Shown here: one piece after another, positions 17,445-29,306 of the stretch
Layout of the letters: each line of letters opens with the position of its first letter
How positions within the stretch are numbered: position 1 is the first letter of the stretch
Assembly (NCBI GenBank): GCA_035358035.1
Contig: DAOPOS010000003.1
Coordinates: forward strand, 34,513-98,512
Direction of reading: 5' to 3'
Source of the DNA: Syntrophales bacterium
GTDB lineage: Bacteria > Desulfobacterota > Syntrophia > Syntrophales > UBA2251
DNA: 64,000 nucleotides
Notes under the pieces: generated by a model
The model's input: only the letters and a program-made list of their open reading frames with translations
Database searches by the model: none
Told to the model about the DNA's origin: nothing
Program-made: the position numbers and the translations under genes

Positions 17445-18720
17445 ATCCTCGGAGGCCCTGTTCGACCGGGCCCGGCAGTGCATCCCCGGCGGCGTGAACA
17501 GCCCCGTCCGGGCCTGCGGCGCCGTGGGCGCCGCCCCCCGCTTCATCGACCGGGCGGCGGGCGCGCACCTCTACGATGCGGACGGGAACGCCTATGTCGA
17601 CTACGTCGGGTCCTGGGGCCCCATGATGCTCGGCCACGCGCATCCGCGCGTCACGGCCGCCATCCGGGCGGCGGCGGAACGGGGCACGAGCTACGGCGCC
17701 CCGACGGCCGCCGAGGTCGAGATGGCGGAGCTGATCCGCGCGGCCTTCCCCGCCATCGAGCAGGTGCGGATGGTGAGTTCCGGCACCGAGGCGACGATGA
17801 GCGCCATCCGCCTCGCCCGCGGGGTCACCGGCCGGGAGCGGATCGTGAAGTTCGCCGGCGGCTATCACGGCCACGGCGACAGCCTGCTCGTCAAGGCCGG
17901 CTCGGGGGTGGCCACCCTAGGCATCCCGGGCAGCGCCGGCATCCCCGCCGCCCTCGCCGCGCTCACGCTCGTCCTGCCCTATAACGACGCCGGCGCGGCG
18001 GAAGCGGCCTTCGCCCGGTGCGGCGGCGAGATCGCGGCCATCATCGTGGAGCCCGTAGCGGCCAACATGGGCGTCGTCACCCCGGCGCCGGGATTTCTCG
18101 AGACCCTGCGCGCACTCACACGCGCCTCGGGCGCCCTGCTCATCTTCGACGAGGTGATCACCGGCTTCCGCCTGACCTGGGGCGGCTACCAGGCGTTGTG
18201 CGGCATCGCGCCGGACCTCACCTGCCTAGGCAAGATCATCGGCGGGGGACTGCCCGTCGGGGCCTTCGGCGGCCGGGCCGAGTTCATGGCGCACCTCGCC
18301 CCCGCGGGGAATGTCTACCAGGCCGGCACCCTCTCCGGGAATCCCCTGGCGATGGCGGCCGGCCTCGCCACGCTGCGCATCCTCCGGGAGCGGCGGGACG
18401 ACTATGCCGCCCTGGATCGCCGGACCGCGCACCTGTGCGACGAGATCCTCACCCTCTTCCGGCAGCGGGGACGGCCCGCCCGGATCAACCGCGCCGGCTC
18501 CCTGTTCACCCCCTTCTTCACCGACGGCGACGTGACGGATTACGAAACGGCCCTCAAGGCCGACGTCGCGGCCTACGCGCGCTGGTGGCGGGCGATGCTC
18601 GCGGAGGGGATCTATCTCGCCCCGTCCCAGTTCGAGGCGGCCTTCGTCTCGTTCGCGCATACGGACGAGGACCTGGAGCGGACGCTCGCGGCCTGCGCCC
18701 GCGCCCTGGACAGGGTCTGA
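17434..18720 (+). CDS. hemL: glutamate-1-semialdehyde 2,1-aminomutase
   Basis: LFDRARQCIPGGVNSPVRA...YVDYVGSWGPMMLGHAHP... Confidence 0.95.
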   Translation: MSPESSEALFDRARQCIPGGVNSPVRACGAVGAAPRFIDRAAGAHLYDADGNAYVDYVGSWGPMMLGHAHPRVTAAIRAAAERGTSYGAPTAAEVEMAELIRAAFPAIEQVRMVSSGTEATMSAIRLARGVTGRERIVKFAGGYHGHGDSLLVKAGSGVATLGIPGSAGIPAALAALTLVLPYNDAGAAEAAFARCGGEIAAIIVEPVAANMGVVTPAPGFLETLRALTRASGALLIFDEVITGFRLTWGGYQALCGIAPDLTCLGKIIGGGLPVGAFGGRAEFMAHLAPAGNVYQAGTLSGNPLAMAAGLATLRILRERRDDYAALDRRTAHLCDEILTLFRQRGRPARINRAGSLFTPFFTDGDVTDYETALKADVAAYARWWRAMLAEGIYLAPSQFEAAFVSFAHTDEDLERTLAACARALDRV

Positions 18721-18845
18721 GCCCGCGCCGGACGGGCTCACGCCAGACGGACATGCGACCTCCCGCCCGGATGAAGGGTTGAATTGCAAGCAGAATTCGG
18801 CTATAGGGGGGCGCAGTTCATTCAACCCACTCTCGGAGGCCCAGC

Positions 18846-20189
18846 ATGACCCACCCTGAGACCGCCGGCGCGGAGGCGCCCCTGTCTCTCGCCACCCTCG
18901 ACGCGCGCACGCACCGGCTTGCCGTCGTCGGCCTGGGCTACGTCGGCCTGCCGCTCGCCGTCCAGATGGCCCGACATTTCGACGTGGTCGGGTTCGACAT
19001 CCGCCCGGAACGGATCGCGGAACTTCAGGCGGGACGGGACCGGACGCTCGAGGTCGCCCCGGACGCGCTCGGTGCGGTCGACATTGCCTTCTCGTCGGAC
19101 CCCGCCGTCCTGAGGGCCTGTCGCCTGATCCTCGTGGCCGTCCCGACCCCCATCGACGAGGCCCGCCGGCCCGACCTGCGGCCGGTCGAACAGGCCTGCG
19201 TCCTGGTCGGTCGAAACCTGGCGCGGGGGGCCTGCGTCGTCTTCGAATCCACCGTCTACCCCGGCGTCACCGAGGAGGTCTGCGTCCCCCTCCTCTCCCG
19301 GGAATCGGGTTTGAGCCTGGGCGAGGGGTTTACCGTGGGCTATTCGCCCGAACGGATCAACCCGGGCGACCGCGTACACACCCTGGAGAGCATCACGAAG
19401 ATCGTCTCCGGCTCCGACGCGGCCACCCTGAAGCTGCTCGTCGACGTCTACGGCCGGGTGGTCCGGGCGGGGATCCACCCCGCGGCCTCCATCAAGATCG
19501 CCGAGGCGGCCAAGGTCATCGAGAACACGCAGCGGGACATCAACATCGCCCTGATGAACGAACTGGCGATCATCTTCCAGCGGATGGGCATCGACACCCT
19601 GGACGTCCTCGCGGCGGCGGGGACGAAATGGAACTTCCTCCCCTTCCGCCCGGGGCTCGTCGGCGGCCACTGCATCGGCGTCGACCCGTACTACCTGACC
19701 TACAAGGCGGAGATGCTCGGCTACCACCCCGAGATGATCCTGGCCGGCCGCCGGATCAACGACAACATGGGCAAGTACGTGGCGGAACGGACGATCAAGC
19801 TCCTGATCGCCGCCGGCACGCAGATCCGCGAGGCCGCCGTCGCCGTCCTGGGGCTCACCTTCAAGGAGGACGTCCCGGACCTCCGGAACACCCGCGTGAT
19901 CGACATCATCCGGGAGCTTCAGGATTACGGCATCCGCACGGTCGTCCACGACCCGCTGGCGGATCCCGGCGAGGTGGAGCGCCACTTCGGGCTCGCCCTG
20001 CACGACCTGAAGGACATCGGCCCGGTGGACGCCGTGATCGTGGCCGTCGCCCACGCCCCCTACCGGCGGCTCGCCCTGGGGGACATCGCCGGCCTGTGCC
20101 GGAACGGCGAACCGGTCCTCGTCGACATCAAGGGGATGTTCGACCCGGTGGAGGCGCGGTCCCGGGGCTTCCGCTACTGGCGGTTGTAG
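18846..20189 (+). CDS. nucleotide-sugar (UDP-N-acetyl-hexosamine type) dehydrogenase, TviB/WbpO-like
   Basis: Rossmann motif VVGLGYVGLPLAV...; the catalytic Cys context GLVGGHCIGVDPYY. Confidence 0.85.
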   Translation: MTHPETAGAEAPLSLATLDARTHRLAVVGLGYVGLPLAVQMARHFDVVGFDIRPERIAELQAGRDRTLEVAPDALGAVDIAFSSDPAVLRACRLILVAVPTPIDEARRPDLRPVEQACVLVGRNLARGACVVFESTVYPGVTEEVCVPLLSRESGLSLGEGFTVGYSPERINPGDRVHTLESITKIVSGSDAATLKLLVDVYGRVVRAGIHPAASIKIAEAAKVIENTQRDINIALMNELAIIFQRMGIDTLDVLAAAGTKWNFLPFRPGLVGGHCIGVDPYYLTYKAEMLGYHPEMILAGRRINDNMGKYVAERTIKLLIAAGTQIREAAVAVLGLTFKEDVPDLRNTRVIDIIRELQDYGIRTVVHDPLADPGEVERHFGLALHDLKDIGPVDAVIVAVAHAPYRRLALGDIAGLCRNGEPVLVDIKGMFDPVEARSRGFRYWRL

Positions 20190-20371
20190 CGGCGTCCAGG
20201 AGCGATGAACATCCGCCGCCTCGGGCGCGAAACGGGATCTTTCCGGACCGACCGGAAGCGCGGCGCCCCTCCGGCGCCGGGGACGCGAAGGACATGCCGG
20301 GATGAAAAAATGTCCTGAGCGCGGCGGGAGCGGAGTTCCCAAACGCTTGGACCCCAAAGGATTTCGGAAAG

Positions 20372-21385
20372 ATGCCTGACACGATTCTCGTCACCGGCGC
20401 GGCCGGGTTCATCGGATTTCACCTGACGAAACGGCTCCTCGACGCCGGGCTCACGGTCGTCGGGGTGGACAACCTCAACCCCTACTACGACGTCCGCCTG
20501 AAGGAGGACCGCCTCGCCCGCCTGCAGGGCTCCCCGGGCTTCCGCTTCGTCCGCCTCGATCTCGCCGACCGGGAGGGCATGGCGGAACTCTTCGCGCGGG
20601 AGACGCCCGCGCGCGTGGTCCATCTCGCCGCCCAGGCCGGCGTCCGGTATTCGCTCGAAAACCCCCACGCCTACGTCGAGAGCAACCTCGTCGACTTCCT
20701 CCACGTCCTGGAGGGCTGCCGCCGCAACGGCGTCCGCCACCTCGTCTTCGCCTCGTCGAGCTCCGTCTACGGCGGCAACACCCGGATGCCCTTTTCCGTC
20801 CACGACAACGTGGACCATCCCATGAGCCTCTACGCGGCCACGAAGAAATCGAACGAACTGATGGCCCACGCTTACGCGGCCCTCTACGGCCTGCCCTGCA
20901 CGGGGCTGCGCTTCTTCACGGTTTACGGGCCGTGGGGCCGGCCCGACATGGCCCTGTTCCTCTTTACCCGGGCGATCCTGGCGGGCGAGCCCATCGACGT
21001 CTACAACCACGGGCGGATGCAGCGGGACTTCACCTATATCGACGACATCGTGGAGGGAGTGGCCCGGATCCTGGACCGGCTCCCCGCGCCGGACCCCGGT
21101 TGGCGGGGCGAGGCGCCGGACCCGGCGACGAGCTTCGCCCCGTACCGGATCTTCAACATCGGCAATAACGCCCCCGTGGCGCTGAACGACTTCATCGCGG
21201 CGATCGAGGCGGCCCTGGGCCGCAAGGCCGTCCGGAACCCACTGCCGATGCAGCCCGGGGACGTTCCGGCCACCTACGCGGACGTGGACGACCTGACCGC
21301 CGCGGTGGGGTTCAGGCCGTCGACCCCGCTTGCGGAGGGGATCGGCCGGTTCGTTCAGTGGTACCGGGCGTATTACAACGTCTGA
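20372..21385 (+). CDS. NAD-dependent nucleotide-sugar 4-epimerase (UDP-glucuronate 4-epimerase-like)
   Basis: ILVTGAAGFIGFHL...SSSSVYG...YAATKKSNE (SDR extended family). Confidence 0.85.
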   Translation: MPDTILVTGAAGFIGFHLTKRLLDAGLTVVGVDNLNPYYDVRLKEDRLARLQGSPGFRFVRLDLADREGMAELFARETPARVVHLAAQAGVRYSLENPHAYVESNLVDFLHVLEGCRRNGVRHLVFASSSSVYGGNTRMPFSVHDNVDHPMSLYAATKKSNELMAHAYAALYGLPCTGLRFFTVYGPWGRPDMALFLFTRAILAGEPIDVYNHGRMQRDFTYIDDIVEGVARILDRLPAPDPGWRGEAPDPATSFAPYRIFNIGNNAPVALNDFIAAIEAALGRKAVRNPLPMQPGDVPATYADVDDLTAAVGFRPSTPLAEGIGRFVQWYRAYYNV

Positions 21386-21416
21386 GGGGCACGGGCGGCA
21401 CGGCCGCGCTTTGCCC

Positions 21417-21446
21417 TTGACAGGCCCGGCCCCGCGAAACTAGGAT
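21417..21446 (+). promoter_or_regulatory. candidate promoter for gmd-fcl
   Basis: TTGACA (21417-21422), 18-nt spacer, TAGGAT (21441-21446). Confidence 0.3.
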
Positions 21447-21537
21447 GGCCGGGAAACACCCCGGGCCGCGGCGCCGGCCCGGTGGAGGACGCCATTTCCG
21501 GGTCGCCCGCGACCCGCCGGAAGGAGAGCAACGCTGA

Positions 21538-23535
<1,998 letters not shown>

Positions 23536-23667
23536 CCCCCGGACCGGACCCGCCGGCGCCCCGCGGAAAGTCCGGAACAGCGGCGCTCCGGTTCCTGACC
23601 GCCGGTCAGGGGAGGCATGTTTTTTATTTGACTTCATTCCCCAATCGTGTTAAGAGGCGCGGCGACA

Positions 23668-23952
23668 ATGGATAGGGCAACGCGAAGGTCGGCCATTCAG
23701 TTGGCGTATGCCAGCAGCATCGGCATCGCCATGGTCATGACGGTTTTTGGCGGGCTGTTTTTCGGGCTCTATCTGGACCGGAAGCTGGACACGGGCAACA
23801 CCTTCACCTTCGTGTTTCTCGTCATCGGTCTCGTCGCCGGCTTCCGAAACATTTACGTCCTGATCCGCAAGAATTTCACGGACGAACGAGACGTCATTAC
23901 GTGTATAAAAAGTGAACCCCATCGCAAAAGACCCTCTCCAAAAAAGACTTGA
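23668..23952 (+). CDS. AtpZ/AtpI-family small membrane protein
   Basis: SSIGIAMVMTVFGGLFFGLYLDRKLDTGNTFTFVFLVIGLVAGF; upstream of atpI-atpB. ATG at 23668 is preferred over the GTG at 23647. Confidence 0.6.
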   Translation: MDRATRRSAIQLAYASSIGIAMVMTVFGGLFFGLYLDRKLDTGNTFTFVFLVIGLVAGFRNIYVLIRKNFTDERDVITCIKSEPHRKRPSPKKT

Positions 23953-24307
23953 GGTCACCAACTGGGTTCTTTTGGCCTTTCTCACGTTCCTGAGCGCCCC
24001 GTGGGCCTCCCCCCGTTTCGTCGCCGGAATCGTTTGCGGCGGGCTCATCTGCATCATTAACTTTCACTGGCTTTACCGCAATCTGACGACGGTTTTTGCT
24101 CAGTTGACCGAGAAGGCGAAGTCGGCGGTCATGATCCGCTACTACCTCCGCTTCGTCCTGACGGCGGCGGTGCTCTTCGTGGTCATCACGCGGGAGTGGG
24201 TGGACATCTTCGGGCTGGTCATCGGCCTGTCGATCGTGGTCGTCAACATCGTCCTGACCGTCGTCCTCGTGTTCGGAAAAAAAAATCTCATTCAGGAGGT
24301 TAGATAA
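23912..24307 (+). CDS. atpI: ATP synthase protein I-like membrane protein
   Basis: Four predicted hydrophobic helices. The position directly upstream of atpB fits. GTG start. Confidence 0.55.
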   Translation: MNPIAKDPLQKRLEVTNWVLLAFLTFLSAPWASPRFVAGIVCGGLICIINFHWLYRNLTTVFAQLTEKAKSAVMIRYYLRFVLTAAVLFVVITREWVDIFGLVIGLSIVVVNIVLTVVLVFGKKNLIQEVR

Positions 24308-24310
24308 CCG

Positions 24311-24964
24311 ATGCATTCGTTGTCATTTCTGGCCAATCCCTTTTTCCCGGATCACGTCACCTATACGTGGTTTGCCATGGCCGTCCTGGCGCTGCTGAGC
24401 TTTCTGGCGACCCGGCGGGTCAGCATCGTCCCGGGCGGCTTTCAGAACGTCATGGAGGCGATCGTCGTCGGTTTCGACGGGCTGCTCCTGGATACGATGG
24501 GCCCGCACGGTCGGAAGTTCTTCCCCCTGATCGCCACCCTGGGCCTGTTCATTCTCTTTTCCAACCTCATCGGCCTGGTGCCCGGGTTCGCGTCGCCGAC
24601 GGCCAGCCTCAACACGAACGCCGCCATGGCCATCGTCGTCTTCATCATGACGCACGTCGTGGGCATCCAGATCCACGGGTTCAAGTACGTCAAGCAGTTC
24701 CTCGGCCCCGTCTGGTGGCTCATCCCACTTATGATGCCCATCGAAATCATCAGCCACCTGACGCGCCCCCTGTCGCTCTCCGTTCGGCTGTTCGGCAACA
24801 TCGAAGGGGGGCACATCGTGATCGCCGTTCTGCTGATCCTGGTGCCGTTCCTGGTTCCGCTGCCCATCTATCTGCTCAAGGTGCTGATCTCCTTCATCCA
24901 GACCCTGGTCTTCGTGCTCCTGTCCATGATGTATATCGCCGGCGCCATGGAGGAGGGCCACTGA
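24311..24964 (+). CDS. atpB: F0 ATP synthase subunit a
   Basis: ...[19 protein letters not shown]...[17 protein letters not shown]... (the conserved Arg in LSVRLFGN). Confidence 0.9.
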   Translation: MHSLSFLANPFFPDHVTYTWFAMAVLALLSFLATRRVSIVPGGFQNVMEAIVVGFDGLLLDTMGPHGRKFFPLIATLGLFILFSNLIGLVPGFASPTASLNTNAAMAIVVFIMTHVVGIQIHGFKYVKQFLGPVWWLIPLMMPIEIISHLTRPLSLSVRLFGNIEGGHIVIAVLLILVPFLVPLPIYLLKVLISFIQTLVFVLLSMMYIAGAMEEGH

Positions 24965-25052
24965 AAGACCCGGCGGGGCACCGATCGCTCCCGCCCCGGG
25001 ACGGACCCGCCCGGCGCCGCCGGGCCCGAAACCACACCACGCCACCCGCGCA

Positions 25053-25084
25053 GGCCGGAGCCGACCAGGCTCCGGCCTTTTTTT
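25053..25084 (+). terminator. rho-independent terminator after atpB
   Basis: GGCCGGAGCC (25053-25062), loop GACCA, GGCTCCGGCC (25068-25077), then T7. Confidence 0.8.
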
Positions 25085-25291
25085 GCGCCGCGGACGGCCA
25101 TCTTCGCACCGGAACCATGCGGCGCGTGGACACTCCCGGCCGTGGGGCGCAGGTGTTCACGACGCCCCCCGCCTCCTCCCGTCATCCTCACGCCGGGACG
25201 CACCCGGCCTCGAACCGATCGGCCGTGGATGCCCGTCCGTGTGGCACAACCGGTGAACCTGGGGTGGGGGTAAAACCGGATTGTCCGGTGG

Positions 25292-26701
25292 TCAGCGCTT
25301 CTTAAATTCGCGTACGAACCGCGCGTAGTTGATCAGGTGGGCAATGGCCTGGAAGCCCAGGCCCGGATCCTCGATGGCGGCGATGCCGTGTTCCTGGTAG
25401 TACGACCGCGCAAAGTCGCCCGCTTCGCGGAACATGATGGGAATCAGGGGCTTGCCGGACGCTGACAGGTACGGCAGCAGGGTGGCGTTGATCAGCCCGG
25501 CAAAGGCGTCGTCCGGCCCCTTCGGCGGTACGGTAAGCGGCGCCAGGACGGCCAGGTTTTCGTCGTTCAGCAACAGCTCGATGACCCGGTCCACGCCCCG
25601 CTGAAACCCGCCGCCCGTCAGGTCGAGGGGATTGTCGGGCTGGGCGAAGTCGGGAAGCACCGCCCGGAGGCCGGCAAGCGTCTCCGGGCCGAGCGCGGGG
25701 AGTTCGATCCCGTATTTCGCGCACAGGTCCGCATAGACGCCGCACAAGCCCCCCGACAGCGTGCAGACGCCGAGGCCCGTCCCCCGGGGAAGCGGGCAGT
25801 GGACGAACAGGTTCGCCGCCTCCACCAGTTCCTCGATGGTATCGACGCGGAGGATGCCCCACTGGCGGAAGATGCCGTCCAGCACGGCGTCGTTTCCGGC
25901 CAGCGCCCCGGTGTGCGACTGGGCCGCCCGGACGGCCTTCGCCGAGCGTCCGACCTTGATCATGAGGATCGGAACCTGCCTCCGGGCCGCCGCCCGGGCC
26001 ACGGCCTCGAGCTTGGGAATGTTCCGGAACCCTTCACAGAAGGCGGCGATGACCCTCGTCTCCGGGTCGTGGACGAGATATTCCAGGCAGTCTTCCACGG
26101 TCAGCAGGGCCTCGTTGCCCGTCGTGGCGTACAGGGAAATGCCCAGGCGCCGCTTGAGGAGCTTGGTGACCAGGACCTCGGTCGTCGCCCCGCTCTGGCC
26201 GACGACCCCGATATGCCCCACCTGCAGCGCCCCCTCCACGGCGCGGCCGAGAAACATGCTGACCCGGGCGGGGAAATTCATGTATCCGAGACAGTTGGGC
26301 CCCATGAGGAGCATCCCCTCGCGGCGGCAGTAGTCCTCGACGGCACGCTGCTTCTCCCGGCCCGCCTCGCCCGTCTCCCCGTAGCCGGAACTGAACAAAA
26401 GGACGTTCTCGATCCGGCGCTCCTTGAGCTGCCTCAGGACGTCCAGAACCTGCTCCTCCTTGACCAGGATCGCGGCAAAGTCGATGACGCCCTCGGGCAG
26501 CGCCGCGATCGAGCGGCAGGCCTTAACGCCGCAGACCTCGTCCGCTCCCGGGTTGACCGGGTAGAACCGGGTGTCGGCCCCGATCCAGGCGGCATTGGCG
26601 AGGACGTTGGCAAACCAGCCGTTCTTCGCGGAGGCGCCCACCACGGCGATATGGCGGGCGTTGAAAAAGCGCTGCAGGCGTTTCTGGATGTCGGACGGCA
26701 T
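25292..26701 (-). CDS. CoA-binding / ADP-forming acyl-CoA synthetase alpha-type protein
   Basis: FFNARHIAVVGASAKNGWF...; a CoA-binding domain followed by a succinyl-CoA-ligase-like flavodoxin domain (GHIGVVGQSGA...). Confidence 0.75.
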   Translation of the reverse strand: MPSDIQKRLQRFFNARHIAVVGASAKNGWFANVLANAAWIGADTRFYPVNPGADEVCGVKACRSIAALPEGVIDFAAILVKEEQVLDVLRQLKERRIENVLLFSSGYGETGEAGREKQRAVEDYCRREGMLLMGPNCLGYMNFPARVSMFLGRAVEGALQVGHIGVVGQSGATTEVLVTKLLKRRLGISLYATTGNEALLTVEDCLEYLVHDPETRVIAAFCEGFRNIPKLEAVARAAARRQVPILMIKVGRSAKAVRAAQSHTGALAGNDAVLDGIFRQWGILRVDTIEELVEAANLFVHCPLPRGTGLGVCTLSGGLCGVYADLCAKYGIELPALGPETLAGLRAVLPDFAQPDNPLDLTGGGFQRGVDRVIELLLNDENLAVLAPLTVPPKGPDDAFAGLINATLLPYLSASGKPLIPIMFREAGDFARSYYQEHGIAAIEDPGLGFQAIAHLINYARFVREFKKR

Positions 26702-26792
26702 ATCATCGGCTCCCGGGTGAGGATGGCCCCCCTGCCCCGCGGTCGCAGCGCGGACGGGGAAGACGGCGCCGCCGGCCTGCGCCGGCGGGCGG

Positions 26793-26822
26793 AGTATAGG
26801 GGGAAGACGGGCCGGGTGTCAA
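26793..26822 (-). promoter_or_regulatory. candidate sigma70-type promoter for the 25292..26701 gene
   Basis: The minus strand reads TTGACA (26822-26817), 18-nt spacer, TATACT (26798-26793), about 90 nt upstream of the ATG at 26701. Confidence 0.45.
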
Positions 26823-26949
26823 GAACTTCAACGAAGGCCGGCGGACGGTGTCAGGCCGACCTGGACCGGTCCCGTATCCGGTACGGGCGCCCCGTCCTGC
26901 CCGGCCGATCGGCGGCTGCCGGTCCGCGGGCGAGGCGCGGAGCCGCGTC

Positions 26950-28026
26950 TCAGCCGTTCGCAGGCTCCTGCTGGGTGAGGCAGTGGAGGGTCCCCAGGCC
27001 CCAGACGAGGTCGACGGCGTGGATGCCGACGACGGGGCGGTCCGGGAAAAGTTCGGAAAGGACGCCCAGGGCGATCCGGTCGTTCGGATCGTTGAAGGTC
27101 GGCACCAGGACCGCGGCGTTCGCGATGTAGAAATTCGCGTAGCTCGCCGGCAGGCGCTGTCCGTCGAGGAAGAGCGGCTTGGGCATGGGGAGGGAAACCA
27201 CCTCGAGCGGCGCGCCGGCGGCGAGCCTCACCCCCTGGAGGCGCTCCCGGTTTTCCTCGAGGGGGCGGTAATTGGCGTCCGACGGATCCGCCTCGCGGCA
27301 CAGCACCACCGTGCGGTCGTTCACGAAACGGCAGACGTCGTCGACGTGGCCGTGCGTGTCATCCCCGGCAATGCCGCGCCCGAGCCAGAGAATCTGCGTC
27401 ACGCCCAGGTGGTCCCGGAGGGCCCGTTCGATCTCAGCCCGCCCGAAGCCGGGGTTGCGGACCTGGACCGCGGGATCGAGGAGGCATTCCTCCGTGGTCA
27501 GGAGCGCGCCCGCGCCGTTCACGTCGATGCTGCCGCCCTCGAGAACGAAATCCGTGTCGCCGATCCGGGCGGGCAGCAGGCGCAGCCCGAGCCGCTCCGC
27601 CGCGCGCGCGGGGATGTCGGCGTCCCGCGCCCAGTCGGGATACTTCGCCCAGGCGTTGAACCGGAATCCCGCCACGGCGACCTCCGCACGGGGCGTCGTG
27701 CGCTTGAGGAAGACGGGCCCGGAATCGCGCGTCCAGCCGCGGTCGGACGGAAAATCGAAGAACTCGACGCGGGCCGGGTCGACGCCCGCGCGCGCGAGGA
27801 GGCGCCGGGCCCGCCGTTCGATCCGGCCCTGCGCGATGATGCGGCAGATCTCGCCCGGGGCGAGCTTGCGCACGATCTCCCCATAGACCCAGGGGATCGG
27901 GGCGAACTTCCCCGGCCAGTCCGTCCGGTTCGCGGGCCAGCCGAGCCACGTCGCCGCATGGGGCTCCCACTCGGCGGGCAGGCGGAACCCCTGCGCGGCG
28001 GGGGTCCGGGCGCGATCGGCCGTCAT
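26950..28026 (-). CDS. aguA: agmatine deiminase
   Basis: GFRLPAEWEPHAATWLGWP...GTLHCLTQQEP (C-terminal catalytic Cys context). Confidence 0.9.
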   Translation of the reverse strand: MTADRARTPAAQGFRLPAEWEPHAATWLGWPANRTDWPGKFAPIPWVYGEIVRKLAPGEICRIIAQGRIERRARRLLARAGVDPARVEFFDFPSDRGWTRDSGPVFLKRTTPRAEVAVAGFRFNAWAKYPDWARDADIPARAAERLGLRLLPARIGDTDFVLEGGSIDVNGAGALLTTEECLLDPAVQVRNPGFGRAEIERALRDHLGVTQILWLGRGIAGDDTHGHVDDVCRFVNDRTVVLCREADPSDANYRPLEENRERLQGVRLAAGAPLEVVSLPMPKPLFLDGQRLPASYANFYIANAAVLVPTFNDPNDRIALGVLSELFPDRPVVGIHAVDLVWGLGTLHCLTQQEPANG

Positions 28027-28051
28027 GACCCGCCTCCTCGATAATCCGCAT

Positions 28052-28966
28052 TCATTTTTTCTTCTCCGGAACCCGATGGTCCAGGAAGCGCTCGGTCAGG
28101 CCGCCGTAGGCGTCGATGCGGCGGTCGCGCAGGAAGGGCCAGTTCCGCCGGACGTCTTCGAGATGCGCGAGGTCCACCTCGGCCAGAAGGATCTCTTCCC
28201 GGTTCGGCGAGGCCTCCGCGAGGACGATCCCCTGGGGGTCGGCAATGAAGGACGATCCCCAGAACTCGAGGCCGTCGCCGCCCGCCTCCGGCCGTTCGAG
28301 ACCGACCCGGTTGACCGCGGCCACGTACACGCCATTGGCGATGGCGTGCCCGCGCTGGACGGTCTTCCACGCCTCGCGCTGCGTGGCGCCGAACCGGGCC
28401 TTCTCCCGGGGGTGCCAGCCGATGGCCGTAGGGTAGAAGACCGCCGCCGCCCCGTGGAGCGCGGCGAGGCGCGCCGCCTCGGGAAACCACTGGTCCCAGC
28501 AGATCAGGGTCGCGATGCGCCCGCAGCGCGTGTCGAAGGCCGGAAAGCCGAGATCGCCGGGGGTGAAGTAGAATTTTTCGTAGTAGGCCGGGTCGTCCGG
28601 AATGTGCATCTTGCGGTAGAGTCCGGCCGGGCGGCCGTCGGCATCGATCACGAGGACGCTGTTGTGATAGACCCCCGGCGCCCGGCGTTCGAAAAGCGGG
28701 GCGATGACGACGACCCGGTGCTTCCGGGCGAGGCCGGCCAGGGCCTCGGTGGTCGGGCCGGGGATCGTCTCCGCGAGATCGAAGGCGGCGGTCTCTTCGC
28801 GCTGGCAGAAGTAGCGGGAGCGGAAGAGCTCGGGAAGGCAGACGACTCCGGCCTTCCGTTTCGCCGCGGCCGCGATTTGGCTCATGGCGCGGCGGAGGTT
28901 CTCGCCGACATCGGCGCTCATGGCCATCTGGATCAGGGCGATCGCGAATTTCCTGGGCGTCTTCAT
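28052..28966 (-). CDS. aguB: N-carbamoylputrescine amidase (nitrilase superfamily)
   Basis: ATG at 28966. ...VVCLPELF...YRKMHIPDDP...ATLICWDQWFPE (the Glu-Lys-Cys triad contexts). Confidence 0.9.
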   Translation of the reverse strand: MKTPRKFAIALIQMAMSADVGENLRRAMSQIAAAAKRKAGVVCLPELFRSRYFCQREETAAFDLAETIPGPTTEALAGLARKHRVVVIAPLFERRAPGVYHNSVLVIDADGRPAGLYRKMHIPDDPAYYEKFYFTPGDLGFPAFDTRCGRIATLICWDQWFPEAARLAALHGAAAVFYPTAIGWHPREKARFGATQREAWKTVQRGHAIANGVYVAAVNRVGLERPEAGGDGLEFWGSSFIADPQGIVLAEASPNREEILLAEVDLAHLEDVRRNWPFLRDRRIDAYGGLTERFLDHRVPEKKK

Positions 28967-29235
28967 CCTTTCCTCACCCGCCTCATCCGCGCCGGAGCGC
29001 CTGGCCCCGGCCGTCTCACTGGAAGCTCCCCCCAAAAACGCGCCCCGCTGCACGCCGGCCCTTTTCGAACCCCCGGGCGCTGCGCCGCGAAGACGAATCC
29101 CATACCCGCGTCATCGAGATCGCCGCCCCCGCGGCCGACGAAACCCCGGGGCGGGCTCGCCGGCAATCCCCCTGCGCGGGATGCGCGTCCCGGATTGCGT
29201 AACGCATTCGATCAGGGTCTTGAAAAACCGGCGCG

Positions 29236-29264
29236 AGTATAGGGAGATTCCCGGTCCCTGTCAA
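29236..29264 (-). promoter_or_regulatory. candidate sigma70-type promoter about 260 nt upstream of aguB
   Basis: The minus strand reads TTGACA (29264-29259), 17-nt spacer, TATACT (29241-29236). Confidence 0.5.
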
Positions 29265-29306
29265 GAATGAACGCCGAACACGCGCAGGGGGCGGGTCCTC
29301 CGGCAT

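Noticed and set aside
23594-23633. The palindrome CCTGACCG-c-CGGTCAGG followed after 10 nt by T6 as the fcl terminator, and TTGACT-17 nt-TAAGAG as the atpZ promoter
   Set aside because: The hairpin loop would be too tight and the T-tract is detached from it. The -10 box is weak and would leave an almost leaderless atpZ. I noted these but am not confident enough to call them features.
28967-29235. A guanidine/ykkC-type or other known riboswitch in the aguB leader
   Set aside because: I saw no match to the conserved ykkC or mini-ykkC (ACGR loop) features I remember. It is kept only as an unexplained long leader.
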